Source: Deltaproteobacteria bacterium (lineage in GTDB: Bacteria > UBA10199 > SPLOWO2-01-44-7). From it: 61,550 nt of DNA. The position numbers and the translations under genes are program-made. Positions 19,555 through 28,752 of the stretch are shown in pieces. The DNA lies in assembly GCA_023265595.1 (NCBI GenBank), contig JAHFSU010000008.1:1-61550 (forward strand), read 5' to 3'. A model generated the notes under the pieces. It ran no database searches, was not told the origin of the DNA, and saw nothing but the letters and a program-made list of their open reading frames with translations. How positions within the stretch are numbered: the stretch's first letter is position 1; every line of letters begins with the position of its first letter.

Positions 19555-20552
19555 GGATTGATCGTCTCCGCTTTATTTTGAAATTCTCCGGCCGACCGAG
19601 ATTGGCCCATTTTAGCATAGGCTTGGCCCAGATAATAGGCGTTCATCGCATCTTCCGGCACTTTTTGGAGTGCTTCTCTGAATTCTTTCACGGCCCTTCC
19701 GGCATCGCCGGTCGCCAAAGCCCGAATACCGTCGATGGTATCGGCATAGGCCCCTAAATAGGGGCTCTCCATCGGGTACGCGGAGGCCCTCGATTGTTTT
19801 TTCATCGCCTGTAATGCGGCCTCGATATTTTCCAAATCTTGATTGTACGGTTCCCCCTTCTGTTTGTGATCGAGACCGATGAATCCGTAAGTCTCCATGA
19901 ATCCGAAATAGGCTTGGGGGTAGTGGGGGTCTTCGCGCCTTGCTTCCTGAAACCAGACAAGGGCCACCTCAATTTTGGCCGGTGCAAAACTCCGGAGCGC
20001 CGTGTATCCTTTTGTGGCGTTTTCAAATGCCGCCACTTGGTCGGTTTCATTTTGGATCAGCAGCATTTTTTTCGTATCGATTTTTTTGCGTCCGAGCTTT
20101 TTCAAAATCCCCTCGGCCGCTTTACGCAGATCGACAAAAAAATCTTTGTGTCCTGGAAAAGGGGTCTCCACCACAAATTGCGCGAGCAACTTTCCCTTCC
20201 CGTCTTGCAGTTGGATAAAAGCCCGGAGCCACCCGCTGATATTTTGGTAGAGCCCTTCAATGCGATATTGCACCGGATGTTCGGGTGGTAAAAAGATTGT
20301 ATCCTGTTTTGGGAGAATACCGAGTTGGGAATCGGTTTTGAGATAACGGGTGAGGATGTCGGCCATCCCGTCCGAGAGCCAGTCATCTGATTTGCGTCCG
20401 GTATCATTCACGAAGGGACCGATGCTGATGATCTCTTTTTTTCGAATCGCCTCATCGACCCGTTCTTGGGCGAAAACCTTTGGCCAATGAACGCATTGTT
20501 CTGCCGCATGGGCCGGCAGGGAGATCAAAAAAACAAAGGCCAAAATTTTCAT
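19536..20552 (-). CDS. Exported protein with a TolB-N/CsgG-like alpha/beta domain and C-terminal TPR
   Basis: Signal peptide (AHA|A), ISIGPFVNDTGRKSDDWLSDGMADIL motif, TPR-like AYYLGQAY. Confidence 0.6.
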   Translation of the reverse strand: MKILAFVFLISLPAHAAEQCVHWPKVFAQERVDEAIRKKEIISIGPFVNDTGRKSDDWLSDGMADILTRYLKTDSQLGILPKQDTIFLPPEHPVQYRIEGLYQNISGWLRAFIQLQDGKGKLLAQFVVETPFPGHKDFFVDLRKAAEGILKKLGRKKIDTKKMLLIQNETDQVAAFENATKGYTALRSFAPAKIEVALVWFQEARREDPHYPQAYFGFMETYGFIGLDHKQKGEPYNQDLENIEAALQAMKKQSRASAYPMESPYLGAYADTIDGIRALATGDAGRAVKEFREALQKVPEDAMNAYYLGQAYAKMGQSRSAGEFQNKAETINPCLKGN

Positions 20553-20636
20553 CGTTTCCCAGTATGCTTTTGGTTTGGATTCGATGCAAGTTTAACTTTT
20601 ACCCCATTTGCATTCTATGTTAATAAATCCGATAAA

Positions 20637-22739
20637 ATGGCCGAAGAAGACAAAACACAACTTTTTGGCGATCCGGAAGCCGTTGCCGCATTAAAACCCC
20701 CCTATCTGGTGATTGTCGATGGCCCTCACAAAGGGGCCCGCTTTCCATTGGCGGAGGGGCAAAATACGATCGGCCGCCTTGATGAATGTCACATCATTTT
20801 GGATGACCAGAGTGTTTCGAGAAAACATGCGGCACTTCAATTTTCGGCGCAAGGTTGGAGTGTTCAGGATTTGGGGAGCAAAAATGGGACGTTTGTCAAC
20901 GGGGCGCCGATTGAAGAGGCCGTTGTCATCGGACACAAAGATCTAATTCGGACCGGCATTTATACCTTGCGGTTGATCACTCAAGAAATCCCGGCTGAAG
21001 AAGAGATGGAGGTTCCTCTCGAGGAGATGGCCGAATGGGGAACGGTGATGGCCGATGAGGGGGGAGGGGAGGCCGGAAAGAAATTGGAGGGAGATACCGG
21101 AAAGATGGGGGTTCCTCCTCCGGAAGAAGGGGGGCCGCCGCCCGGCAAAGAAATTACGTCCCCCCATTCTCCGCTTGAGGAACAAGATACCGGAAAAGAG
21201 GATGCGGGTGTCGGCTTGTCCGCAAAATTTAAGTGGCTCCCCAAGGCGCGTGTTTGGGTTTTGGCCGCCGTTTTGTTTGCGGTCGTTTTAGCGGCGGGCC
21301 TCTATTTTTACTGGGAATTTGTTTTAAGTCCTCCCGGAAAAGTGCCGCCGAAAACGCCTCCCGTCGCAACACAGCCGTCGGAACCGCAGGCGATTCCGTT
21401 GGGGCCGCCCGAACCGCCCAAACCAAAAACGATTCCGGTTTTTTTGGATTGCGTCGCCAATCCGTTTCCGGCCGTTGTCAAATTTCAGGAAAAGGAATTA
21501 GGCAAAACACCTCTGAAAGTGAATGTCGAATTGGTGCCGCAGGAATCGTATGAAATCGAGGCGACTTTCGACATGCCGGAGCTTCAGGAAAAATATACCG
21601 ACCGTTTGCATTTTAGCGTGACGCCGGAGCAGACCGTCGCGACATTGCTATTTCACGCGCCGATCGGGACGATCAAGGTGGCAGGGCTTCCGCGCGATGT
21701 CTCGTTTTATCTCGAGGGTTATTTTGAATACAACAAATTTCAGGGGAAGCCGGTCAAAGTGCAAAATCTGGTTTTGAACAAGCCGATCTATGTTCCGTTT
21801 GGAAGATATATTTTGGAGTTGCGTGAACCGAAACCGATCGGAGAGACGGGACAATTTGTTGAAAGCATTATTTATCGGAGAGAATTTATATTGCAGGAAG
21901 ACCAACCCTCTTATCTGCTCGATGTGAGCGAGGCGAATCTCAAGGAGTTTCCGGCTGAAATCCGTTCGCTTCCGTTGGGGGCCGATGTTTTTATCGACAA
22001 TGTCAAATTGGGACAGACCCCATTTGTTGGCAATGTGCCCGTGGGGAAACATCTTTTGACACTGCGTAAAGAGGGCTATTTTGAAACGACGCAGGAAATT
22101 GCAACCGATATCAACGCCCCTTTCAAAACGGAGATCACGTTAAAAACATCGCCGGCCGGAGAAAAAATAAATGCCGCTAAATCGTTGATCAATCAAGGTT
22201 TGTACGAACAGGCGTTGCAGATTTTAGCCGATGCCTTGTCTCTTACCCCGACACCGGGAGAGACGGCCGAGACAGAATATCTTTTGGGAACGATCTACCT
22301 CCGTCTGCAGGATTTTTCCAAGGCGCAAGGCTATTTTGAACAGGCGCAGACTAATGAATCTTTCAAATATTGGGCAAAGCTTGGGCTGGCAAATACATTG
22401 GCGGAACAACAGATGATGGAACAGGCATTGATTCCATTGGTTGAGGTTTTGCTCAATGCCAAAGAGGAAGCGATTTTGAAAGAGGCCCACAATACGTTGC
22501 GCAAAATTTCGCCGTTGCGATCGGTGGTTTATATTCAATCTGATCCGGCGGGGGCCGTTCTCTATCTGAATGATAAAAAGTTGGCTCAAGTGACGCCGGT
22601 TTTGCTTCACGATGTCGGTTTGGGGAGCTATAAAATCCGGCTTGCAAAACCGGGTTACCAGCCGCTTGATTTGAACATCAATTTAACTATCAACCAATTC
22701 AATCCCGTTTTGGCCAAATTGAAACCTCTACCGCAGTAA
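20637..22739 (+). CDS. FHA-TM-PEGA/TPR protein in the sctD position
   Basis: FHA (IGR..SVSRKHA..DLGSKNGTFVNG), Pro-rich linker, TM segment, PEGA repeats (SLPLGADVFID..GQTP; SDPAGAVLYLN..TP), TPR. Lies directly before the E/F/G/J-like genes. Confidence 0.7.
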   Translation: MAEEDKTQLFGDPEAVAALKPPYLVIVDGPHKGARFPLAEGQNTIGRLDECHIILDDQSVSRKHAALQFSAQGWSVQDLGSKNGTFVNGAPIEEAVVIGHKDLIRTGIYTLRLITQEIPAEEEMEVPLEEMAEWGTVMADEGGGEAGKKLEGDTGKMGVPPPEEGGPPPGKEITSPHSPLEEQDTGKEDAGVGLSAKFKWLPKARVWVLAAVLFAVVLAAGLYFYWEFVLSPPGKVPPKTPPVATQPSEPQAIPLGPPEPPKPKTIPVFLDCVANPFPAVVKFQEKELGKTPLKVNVELVPQESYEIEATFDMPELQEKYTDRLHFSVTPEQTVATLLFHAPIGTIKVAGLPRDVSFYLEGYFEYNKFQGKPVKVQNLVLNKPIYVPFGRYILELREPKPIGETGQFVESIIYRREFILQEDQPSYLLDVSEANLKEFPAEIRSLPLGADVFIDNVKLGQTPFVGNVPVGKHLLTLRKEGYFETTQEIATDINAPFKTEITLKTSPAGEKINAAKSLINQGLYEQALQILADALSLTPTPGETAETEYLLGTIYLRLQDFSKAQGYFEQAQTNESFKYWAKLGLANTLAEQQMMEQALIPLVEVLLNAKEEAILKEAHNTLRKISPLRSVVYIQSDPAGAVLYLNDKKLAQVTPVLLHDVGLGSYKIRLAKPGYQPLDLNINLTINQFNPVLAKLKPLPQ

Positions 22740-22743
22740 AGCC

Positions 22744-22783
22744 CTCTACCTGGTAGGGAAAGCCTCTTTTCTACCAGGTAGAG
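22744..22783. terminator. 13-bp inverted repeat (hairpin or operator)
   Basis: ctctacctggtag ... ctaccaggtagag; each arm is itself near-palindromic. Confidence 0.45.
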
Positions 22784-22852
22784 AGGTAAGTTGTACCGCA
22801 GTGATTACATTATTTGCGTATTGGTCAAAAATCTGGTACCTTTCAAACAGTT

Positions 22853-23116
22853 ATGGCGCAAACCGAACAGACATCTCTAGGTTACCCCAATATCGAAAAA
22901 CTGATAGATTCCGAGGATTTCAAAGATATTAATGCCGTTTTTTCTAAGGCCTATCGTGAGTTGGAAAAGGCTTCCAAGGAAAAGGGGGGCCTTAAAAAGA
23001 GCAAAGAAGCCAAAAAGGCGATGAAAGCCTTGGAGAAAGTATCGGAATTATTGAAGGAATTGCTACAAGTCAAATATCGCCTTCAAGAAGAATTGGCTAA
23101 AAAGAAAAAAGGTTGA
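22853..23116 (+). CDS. Small helical protein, possible YscE/CdsE-like needle co-chaperone
   Basis: 87 aa, predicted two-helix. Function assigned by position before the needle-like and TPR genes only. Confidence 0.5.
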   Translation: MAQTEQTSLGYPNIEKLIDSEDFKDINAVFSKAYRELEKASKEKGGLKKSKEAKKAMKALEKVSELLKELLQVKYRLQEELAKKKKG

Positions 23117-23121
23117 GGGAC

Positions 23122-23150
23122 GCAACTTTAGGTATCCACCCTGCCGATAA
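23122..23150 (+). promoter_or_regulatory. Sigma28-like promoter GCAACTT-N14-GCCGATAA
   Basis: GCAACTT 23122-23128, perfect GCCGATAA 23143-23150, GGAGG RBS, ATG 23173. Confidence 0.65.
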
Positions 23151-23172
23151 TCTAATTGGAGGTTAATTTTTT

Positions 23173-23721
23173 ATGAGCTTAGATCCAATTAATCCTCAGG
23201 ATATTCAAAGGGTGCAAAACCAGCCTCAGCAGACCCCGCGTGCAAAAGGGGAATTTGCGGACATCATGGGCGGCGTTTCTGCCATGAGCCCTTTTGCAAC
23301 GGAATTTACAAGACAAGCTACGGGCAATGTGAATGCCGCTACTGTTTTGAATGCGGCATTTTCCTCGTTTCCGGGCGCTGCCTCCGCTTTTTCAGGCGGG
23401 GCGCCGAGTTGGTCTTCTGCAGGGTATTCAGCCACGCCGTATGGGCCGGGCGCTTATGCCGGTTATCAAGGCGGGATCCCGGGTTTAAGTATGCAATATG
23501 GTGTGACGCAACCCCCGGTCAGCGCCGGACAAGCCGTTCCCGGAACCAACATGAGCCAAGCCCAACTGATGGAGGTCATGAACCAAAATAACCTCCAGTT
23601 GATTGAGCTGCAGGCGATCATGCAGAGCAATATGCAGGTTTGGAACACCAAATCGAATATTTTGAGTGCAGACCATAGGGCTAAAATGTCGATGATTGAG
23701 AAATTCACGGCTCGTGGTTAA
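23173..23721 (+). CDS. Putative T3SS needle/pilus subunit (SctF-like) with a long Gly/Ala/Pro-rich N-terminal extension
   Basis: C-terminal LIELQAIMQSNMQVWNTKSNILSADHRAKMSMIEKF resembles the YscF/PrgI terminal helix; gene order agrees. Confidence 0.6.
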   Translation: MSLDPINPQDIQRVQNQPQQTPRAKGEFADIMGGVSAMSPFATEFTRQATGNVNAATVLNAAFSSFPGAASAFSGGAPSWSSAGYSATPYGPGAYAGYQGGIPGLSMQYGVTQPPVSAGQAVPGTNMSQAQLMEVMNQNNLQLIELQAIMQSNMQVWNTKSNILSADHRAKMSMIEKFTARG

Positions 23722-23743
23722 TAGGTAAAAAATGGAATGGAAT

Positions 23744-23797
23744 GCAGCCCGCGGATGTCTTAAAATAAAGAGGATATTCGCGGGCTGCTTATTTTTT
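23744..23797 (+). terminator. Stem-loop followed by a U-rich tract after the needle-like gene
   Basis: gcagcccgcggatgtc ... gatattcgcgggctgc ttattttt. Confidence 0.55.
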
Positions 23798-23810
23798 AGA
23801 AGGGGGAGAC

Positions 23811-24263
23811 ATGATTGCAATCCATAAAGAGTATTTAAGTCTGATGTTGGAGGCCGGCTACATTTATCTCGGCATGCAGCGTTTCAAAGAAGCTAAAGAA
23901 GTTTTCGAGGGGGTCGCCTCTTTGAAACCCGACAGCGAAATTCCGTGGGTGGCGTTGGGTGGCGTCTCTTTTTGTCAGGGAAAATTGGAAGAGGCGATTC
24001 AGACCTACAAAAAAGCGCTCAAATTGAATCCCGACAGTATTTATGCCAAGGCCTATCTTGGAGAGGCCCTTTTTTTCAAAGGGAATAAAAGCGAAGCCTT
24101 AAAACTTCTCAAAGAGGTCGATGACAGCGAACCGAAAAGTCCGGTCGGTAATTTTTCTCGTGCCCTGCTTGATGCGATCCACAAAGGTTTTACACCCGAC
24201 GCTTTGTCTCAGAAAAAAGAGGTCAAAGAATATTATGCAAAAAAACAGCAAGCACATGCTTAA
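23811..24263 (+). CDS. TPR chaperone (YscG/CdsG-like by position)
   Basis: Three TPR motifs, cytoplasmic, lies between the needle-like gene and sctJ. Confidence 0.65.
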   Translation: MIAIHKEYLSLMLEAGYIYLGMQRFKEAKEVFEGVASLKPDSEIPWVALGGVSFCQGKLEEAIQTYKKALKLNPDSIYAKAYLGEALFFKGNKSEALKLLKEVDDSEPKSPVGNFSRALLDAIHKGFTPDALSQKKEVKEYYAKKQQAHA

Positions 24264-25173
24264 GGTTTTTCTCTTCTGTTCTCTTCTTTTGACGGGATGC
24301 AGTGAAGTGGCCCTTTATAATAATCTGACACAGGAAGATGCGAACAAGGTGATGGTCCTGTTGCAACAGAACGGGATTGACGCGACGATGAATCAGGTTG
24401 TCAAACAAAACGAGGTTTTTTGGTCGATCCAAGTCAAAAAAGAAAACATGGCGAAGGCGCGGGAACTGATTGTAATGAGCAATGTGATTTCACCGCGGGC
24501 CCCCGGTTTGAAAGAAGTTTATCAAGGAAAGGGTTCGGGTGGTTGGATTCGGACACCGGCGGAAGAAAAGGCTCGCTATCTTTTGGCCATTAAGGGGGAG
24601 ATCATCAATTCGCTTAAAAAACTTCCCGATGTGGTGGATGTCGATGTGGTCTTGAATGTGCCGGAAGAGCAGGAATTGGGTCTTGTAGAAAGAAGGCGGC
24701 CGACTGCGTCCGTTGTGATTAAAGCGCAACTGCCAAAAGCCGGGACGTCGAATCTTAATGAAATTAAGATTCAGGAATTTGTTGCAAATTCGGTTGAAGG
24801 AATGGCGCCACGCGATATCTCCGTTTTGCTAAATTACATGGCGCCGACCGGAACGGTACTCAGACCCGGCGAAACGGTGACACTGCCGAAGGGGCAGGAA
24901 GGCTCGACCGTTTTGGATATCTCCAAAGCAAAAGAGGAGGGGAACGTCCCCTTGATGGGTTTGAAAATGGATAGCTCTTCAAGGGAGCGGCTCAAAGTCT
25001 ATCTCATCGTCTTTTTTGCGGTGTTGATCGTTCTCTCCTTGGCGTTGATTATGATGATTATTCAGGCGAGTCGTGTCCGGACAGAGCTTAAAAACTTTAA
25101 AGGGGAAGGGACCGTCGGGGCCATTGAGGGGCAAGTATTGGACGAAAAACCGAGACTGAGGGGCCCGGGTTAA
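24235..25173 (+). CDS. sctJ: T3SS inner-membrane ring lipoprotein SctJ
   Basis: Lipobox LTGC, LYNNLTQEDANKVMVLLQQNGI, TPAEEKARY, PTASVVIK, FVANSVEGM, C-terminal TM. Much shorter than FliF. Confidence 0.88.
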   Translation: MQKNSKHMLKVFLFCSLLLTGCSEVALYNNLTQEDANKVMVLLQQNGIDATMNQVVKQNEVFWSIQVKKENMAKARELIVMSNVISPRAPGLKEVYQGKGSGGWIRTPAEEKARYLLAIKGEIINSLKKLPDVVDVDVVLNVPEEQELGLVERRRPTASVVIKAQLPKAGTSNLNEIKIQEFVANSVEGMAPRDISVLLNYMAPTGTVLRPGETVTLPKGQEGSTVLDISKAKEEGNVPLMGLKMDSSSRERLKVYLIVFFAVLIVLSLALIMMIIQASRVRTELKNFKGEGTVGAIEGQVLDEKPRLRGPG

Positions 25174-25176
25174 AGA

Positions 25177-25232
25177 CCCCCTCACCCCATTCGCCTTCGG
25201 CGAATTTCCCTCTCCCACAAGGAGAGAGGGAG
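25177..25232. repeat. REP-like element (ccctcacccc...ccctctccc...gagaggg)
   Basis: Palindromic intergenic sequence with a ttcgcc-ttc-ggcgaa hairpin; related to 57819-57880. Confidence 0.55.
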
Positions 25233-25257
25233 ACTAAGGAGGAAAAAGTTGTCATAG

Positions 25258-25286
25258 GCAACTTTGGCCCCCAAGGTCGACGATAA
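25258..25286 (+). promoter_or_regulatory. Sigma28-like promoter motif GCAACTT-N16-CGATAA
   Basis: GCAACTT 25258-25264, CGATAA 25281-25286, AGGAGG RBS, ATG 25308. Confidence 0.6.
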
Positions 25287-25307
25287 TATAAGTAGGAGGC
25301 AATCGAT

Positions 25308-25736
25308 ATGCAGTTTCAAGGCGTTCGTCCCGATCTGGTGAAATTTGAAATGAGGCAGGCTACCGGTACGCCGGCTTGGCAGCAGGAGATTAAAAGGCCC
25401 GGCGGCTTTGGACGATTTTTGTCCGGCATCGGCCGGATTTTCGGGGCTGTTGCGGCTCCCCTCTCTTTTATCTTCCCCCCCGCGGCGCTTGCCGCGGCCG
25501 GTATGTACGGCGCCAGTTCTATTGGAGATCAGATTCAATCGAAGGCTTATCAAAATGCCATGGAGGCGCAGGCGCAACGGAATCCGCAAAACGTCAGCTT
25601 TCCGGGGCTCGATGTGGGGGGTGCGGCCCCGTTTCAACCGGCAAGCACACCGCTGACGCAACAAAACGAGATGGTTATGAATGTTTTATTCAACCGCGGG
25701 AATGCACAACAGGCAATGACCGGCACAATAATATAA
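25308..25736 (+). CDS. Hypothetical T3SS-associated protein with a glycine-rich hydrophobic segment
   Basis: GFGRFLSGIGRIFGAVAAPLSFIFPPAALAAAG; strong RBS. Confidence 0.65.
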   Translation: MQFQGVRPDLVKFEMRQATGTPAWQQEIKRPGGFGRFLSGIGRIFGAVAAPLSFIFPPAALAAAGMYGASSIGDQIQSKAYQNAMEAQAQRNPQNVSFPGLDVGGAAPFQPASTPLTQQNEMVMNVLFNRGNAQQAMTGTII

Positions 25737-25739
25737 TTT

Positions 25740-26117
25740 ATGGTTCATATCCGCAAAACATCGAATGTGATCGACATCAAAAGAACCGGATCCAAATCTT
25801 CCGAGAGTGAAACGGTGCAACAACCGATCTCTCCCTTTGCCTCGGGACCGGTCAATCCGTTGAAGTCGATTACGGAACGAAAAAGCAGGGGTTTGACCGA
25901 AGAGCAACGTTTGGCACTGCTCCAAAACGCACTACGCCCCTTTGCAACCGAGGCGAGAAGTCATCTTCCGAGCGATTTGAGCGAGTTTGAAAAAAAGATG
26001 CACAAAAAAATGTTAGAAGAGGGATTTCCCGAAGTGGTTGCGAATGAGGCCGGTGATGAAGTCGTCGATGCCCTTCTCAAAACCCGCCGCCGCGTTCACC
26101 GTAAACAGTCGGCCTAA
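25740..26117 (+). CDS. Hypothetical T3SS-associated protein
   Basis: Starts 3 nt after the previous gene; Ser/Pro-rich N-terminus, helical C-terminus. Confidence 0.55.
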   Translation: MVHIRKTSNVIDIKRTGSKSSESETVQQPISPFASGPVNPLKSITERKSRGLTEEQRLALLQNALRPFATEARSHLPSDLSEFEKKMHKKMLEEGFPEVVANEAGDEVVDALLKTRRRVHRKQSA

Positions 26118-26125
26118 AATTTATC

Positions 26126-27496
26126 CTAAAACAACTCGTTTTCTTCAAGATCCAACGCCCGCATTTTGCGGTAAAGAATGGAGCGCGAAATGCCCAGCTC
26201 TTTGGAGGCCCGGCTTTTATTTCCGCGGTTTCTTTTGATGGCCGTGATAATCACATCCCGCTCGAAATTTTTGAGATTGGCGCGCAGATGGGCAAACATT
26301 CCCGAATCTCTTTTGGTCTTTTCTCGGTTCAAATGGGGCGGAAGATGTTCTGCATGAATGATCTCATCGCGGCTTAGGATTAAAATATTTTCGACCGTGT
26401 TTTTGAGTTCCCGCACATTGCCGGGCCATTCATATTCGCTCAAAATTTGCATCGCATCCTGTGCAAAATGGCGCACCCCGAATTTAGGCGCCAATGTTTT
26501 CAGAAGATGTTCCACCAAAAGAGGGATGTCTTCTACACGGGCCCTCAATGGAGGGATATAAATTTCGATACCTTGAAGTCTGAAATAAAGGTCTTGTCGA
26601 AAAGTCCCTTTTTCGATCATCGTCTGGATATTTTGATTGGTTGCCGCAATAACCCGGAAATTGGATTTGACCTTTTTGGTGCTGCCCAACGGTTCCACCT
26701 CTTTGTCCTGCAAAACACGGAGCAGCTTGGCTTGGAGGGTTGGAGACATGCAGGCAATCTCGTCGAGGAAAATATCGCCTTTGTCGGCTTGTACAAATTT
26801 TCCGACACGGGCTTGTGTTGCACCGGTGAAAGCCCCTTTTTCATGGCCGAAGAGTTCCGATTCCAAAAGGTTTTCAGGAATGGCGGCGCAGTTTACCGCA
26901 ATAAAAGGGCGCAATATATTTTCCTCCTGTTTGTGGATGGCCGTTGCAATCACTTCCTTGCCGACGCCGCTTTCCCCTATCAATAAAATGGCGGTTTCGG
27001 TCCCTTTCAATTTGGAAACCGTGTTGCAAATATTGCGCACGGCAAGCGATTGTCCCACAACGCCATGGTAGCGCTCTTGCGACTCCTGCACTTTTTGCAA
27101 AAGAACGGTTTTTTCCCATTGGAGTCGCGCAGTGTTTTCAATTTTTTCAATCGCTTTTAGAAGCCGTTTTGCATCGACCGGTTTCGTTAGGTAATCCGAA
27201 GCACCAAGTCGCATCGTTTCGACAACCGTGTTTACAGAAGAGACAGCGGTGACCATGATCACTTCCTGATTTGGATTTGACTGACGGATCTCTTTCAATA
27301 AGTCGAGGCCCACTCCGTCGGGCAGTTCCATGTCAAGCATCACGATATCGAAATTTTTTTGATTTAATTGGGTTCTTGCCTCCTTTAAATCGGGGGCAAA
27401 TTGGAGTTTGTATTTCGGGACTAAAATGAATTGCATTGCTTCGCGGGCACTGCTTTGGTCTTCAACCACCAAAATCTCTAGTCGCTCTTGTTTCAT
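26126..27496 (-). CDS. Sigma54-dependent response regulator (REC-AAA+-HTH, NtrC/AtoC family)
   Basis: REC (VVEDQ, LDMELPD), GESGVGKE, ESELFGHEKGAFTGA, FRQDLYFRL, WPGNVRELKN, Fis-type HTH. Confidence 0.95.
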   Translation of the reverse strand: MKQERLEILVVEDQSSAREAMQFILVPKYKLQFAPDLKEARTQLNQKNFDIVMLDMELPDGVGLDLLKEIRQSNPNQEVIMVTAVSSVNTVVETMRLGASDYLTKPVDAKRLLKAIEKIENTARLQWEKTVLLQKVQESQERYHGVVGQSLAVRNICNTVSKLKGTETAILLIGESGVGKEVIATAIHKQEENILRPFIAVNCAAIPENLLESELFGHEKGAFTGATQARVGKFVQADKGDIFLDEIACMSPTLQAKLLRVLQDKEVEPLGSTKKVKSNFRVIAATNQNIQTMIEKGTFRQDLYFRLQGIEIYIPPLRARVEDIPLLVEHLLKTLAPKFGVRHFAQDAMQILSEYEWPGNVRELKNTVENILILSRDEIIHAEHLPPHLNREKTKRDSGMFAHLRANLKNFERDVIITAIKRNRGNKSRASKELGISRSILYRKMRALDLEENELF

Positions 27497-27526
27497 AATC
27501 TTTTCCTTTCTGTTTGTATTTGCTTA

Positions 27527-27542
27527 AGCATTTTAGATGCCA
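27527..27542 (-). promoter_or_regulatory. Sigma54 promoter of the response regulator
   Basis: Minus strand TGGCATCTAAAATGCT (GG-N10-GC). Confidence 0.6.
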
Positions 27543-27814
27543 AAATGAGCACGGTGCTGCTTTTTAAAAATATAAGTAAAAACAAATAATTAAATAATTT
27601 CGTCTAAAATATTTTGACCGAATGTGACCCACTTTTAGTACATATGTATTAAAAATGGAACATTTTTTTTCGAACCATTTTCTGTCTCTCATTGGTGTCA
27701 ATCCACCCCATTTTCGGACAGAGGCAAAATGGAGATTTAAGTCTATATATTTATAACTACATGAAATTAATATGTATTTTTATATACCCCTTTGTTTTAA
27801 TTGAGTCGTTTCTT

Positions 27815-27830
27815 TGGCATCAATCCTGCA
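27815..27830 (+). promoter_or_regulatory. Sigma54 promoter of the sigma factor/T3SS core operon
   Basis: TGGCATCAATCCTGCA (GG-N10-GC), downstream of an AT-rich intergenic region. Confidence 0.65.
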
Positions 27831-27867
27831 AACATGAGTCTGGAGGTTTTTTATTTATGGGGGTGGT

Positions 27868-28743
27868 ATGGCAAAATCGGCTATAAAGCCAAAACCGATT
27901 CTTGGTAAGTTAAAAGAGATTGTCAGAAGGGGAAGCACGTCGCAAACCGGAGGGGAACGTCCCCTTTCAAAACCGGCAACCCCACCCAAACTGACCAAGA
28001 AAGAGTTGGAAGAATTAAAGAGGCGGGACGAGCTGATTGCCCAACATATGCCCTACGCAGCATCCATTGCGAGTCGTGTCTATCAGAGCCTCTCTTCAGT
28101 CGTTGAGTATGATGAGGTCTTGTGTTCCGCGCGTCTCGGTCTCTTGGAAGCGGCCAAGCGTTACAATAACGGGATGGGGGTCGATTTTAAAACATTTGCC
28201 TATTACCGTGTGAAGGGGGCCATCTATGATGGACTTCGCAAAGCCGGCTGGATTCCGAGGACCCTCTACGCAAAACTGAAATTTGAAGAGGCCGCCAACG
28301 ATTATTTGCAATTTATGTCCCAATATGCCGATTCCCGAACGGATGCGGAGATCGCCGCAAACGAAACCAATACCGTCAATAGTCTTGCCTCCATTTACAT
28401 TATCTCGCTCGATTCGCAGGAAGATATGGACGTGGAAGATACCAATATCCAGCATTTGGAAAAAACGACAGAGTTTCGACAAGTCCGTATGCATATGCGA
28501 GAGGCGATCAATTCGCTTCCTCCCACCGAGAAAAAACTGGTCAAAATGTATTACTTTCAAAACAAAACGTTGGAAGAGGTGGGCGAAGAATTGAACTTGT
28601 CCAAATCGTGGACATCGCGTCTGCATGCAAGGGCATTAAGTCTTTTGCTCAAGAAAGTAAAAATTCGAGCGAATGGAGAAATCGACGAATCGAAATTGGA
28701 AGAGATGGAAGAGGCAATCGCAGAAGAGGGGGGTTCCGATTAA
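27868..28743 (+). CDS. FliA/WhiG-family (sigma28-like) RNA polymerase sigma factor
   Basis: GLLEAAKRY..FKTFAYYRVKGAIYDGLRKAGW (region 2); YYFQNKTLEEVGEELNLSKSWTSRLHARAL (region 4). Confidence 0.88.
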   Translation: MAKSAIKPKPILGKLKEIVRRGSTSQTGGERPLSKPATPPKLTKKELEELKRRDELIAQHMPYAASIASRVYQSLSSVVEYDEVLCSARLGLLEAAKRYNNGMGVDFKTFAYYRVKGAIYDGLRKAGWIPRTLYAKLKFEEAANDYLQFMSQYADSRTDAEIAANETNTVNSLASIYIISLDSQEDMDVEDTNIQHLEKTTEFRQVRMHMREAINSLPPTEKKLVKMYYFQNKTLEEVGEELNLSKSWTSRLHARALSLLLKKVKIRANGEIDESKLEEMEEAIAEEGGSD

Positions 28744-28752
28744 GGAGTTTTT

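Noticed and set aside
20610-20636. CCGATAA just before the FHA-PEGA gene
   Set aside because: The -35 match is poor (GCATTCT, short spacer), and the box is too close to the ATG to include it in a transcript.
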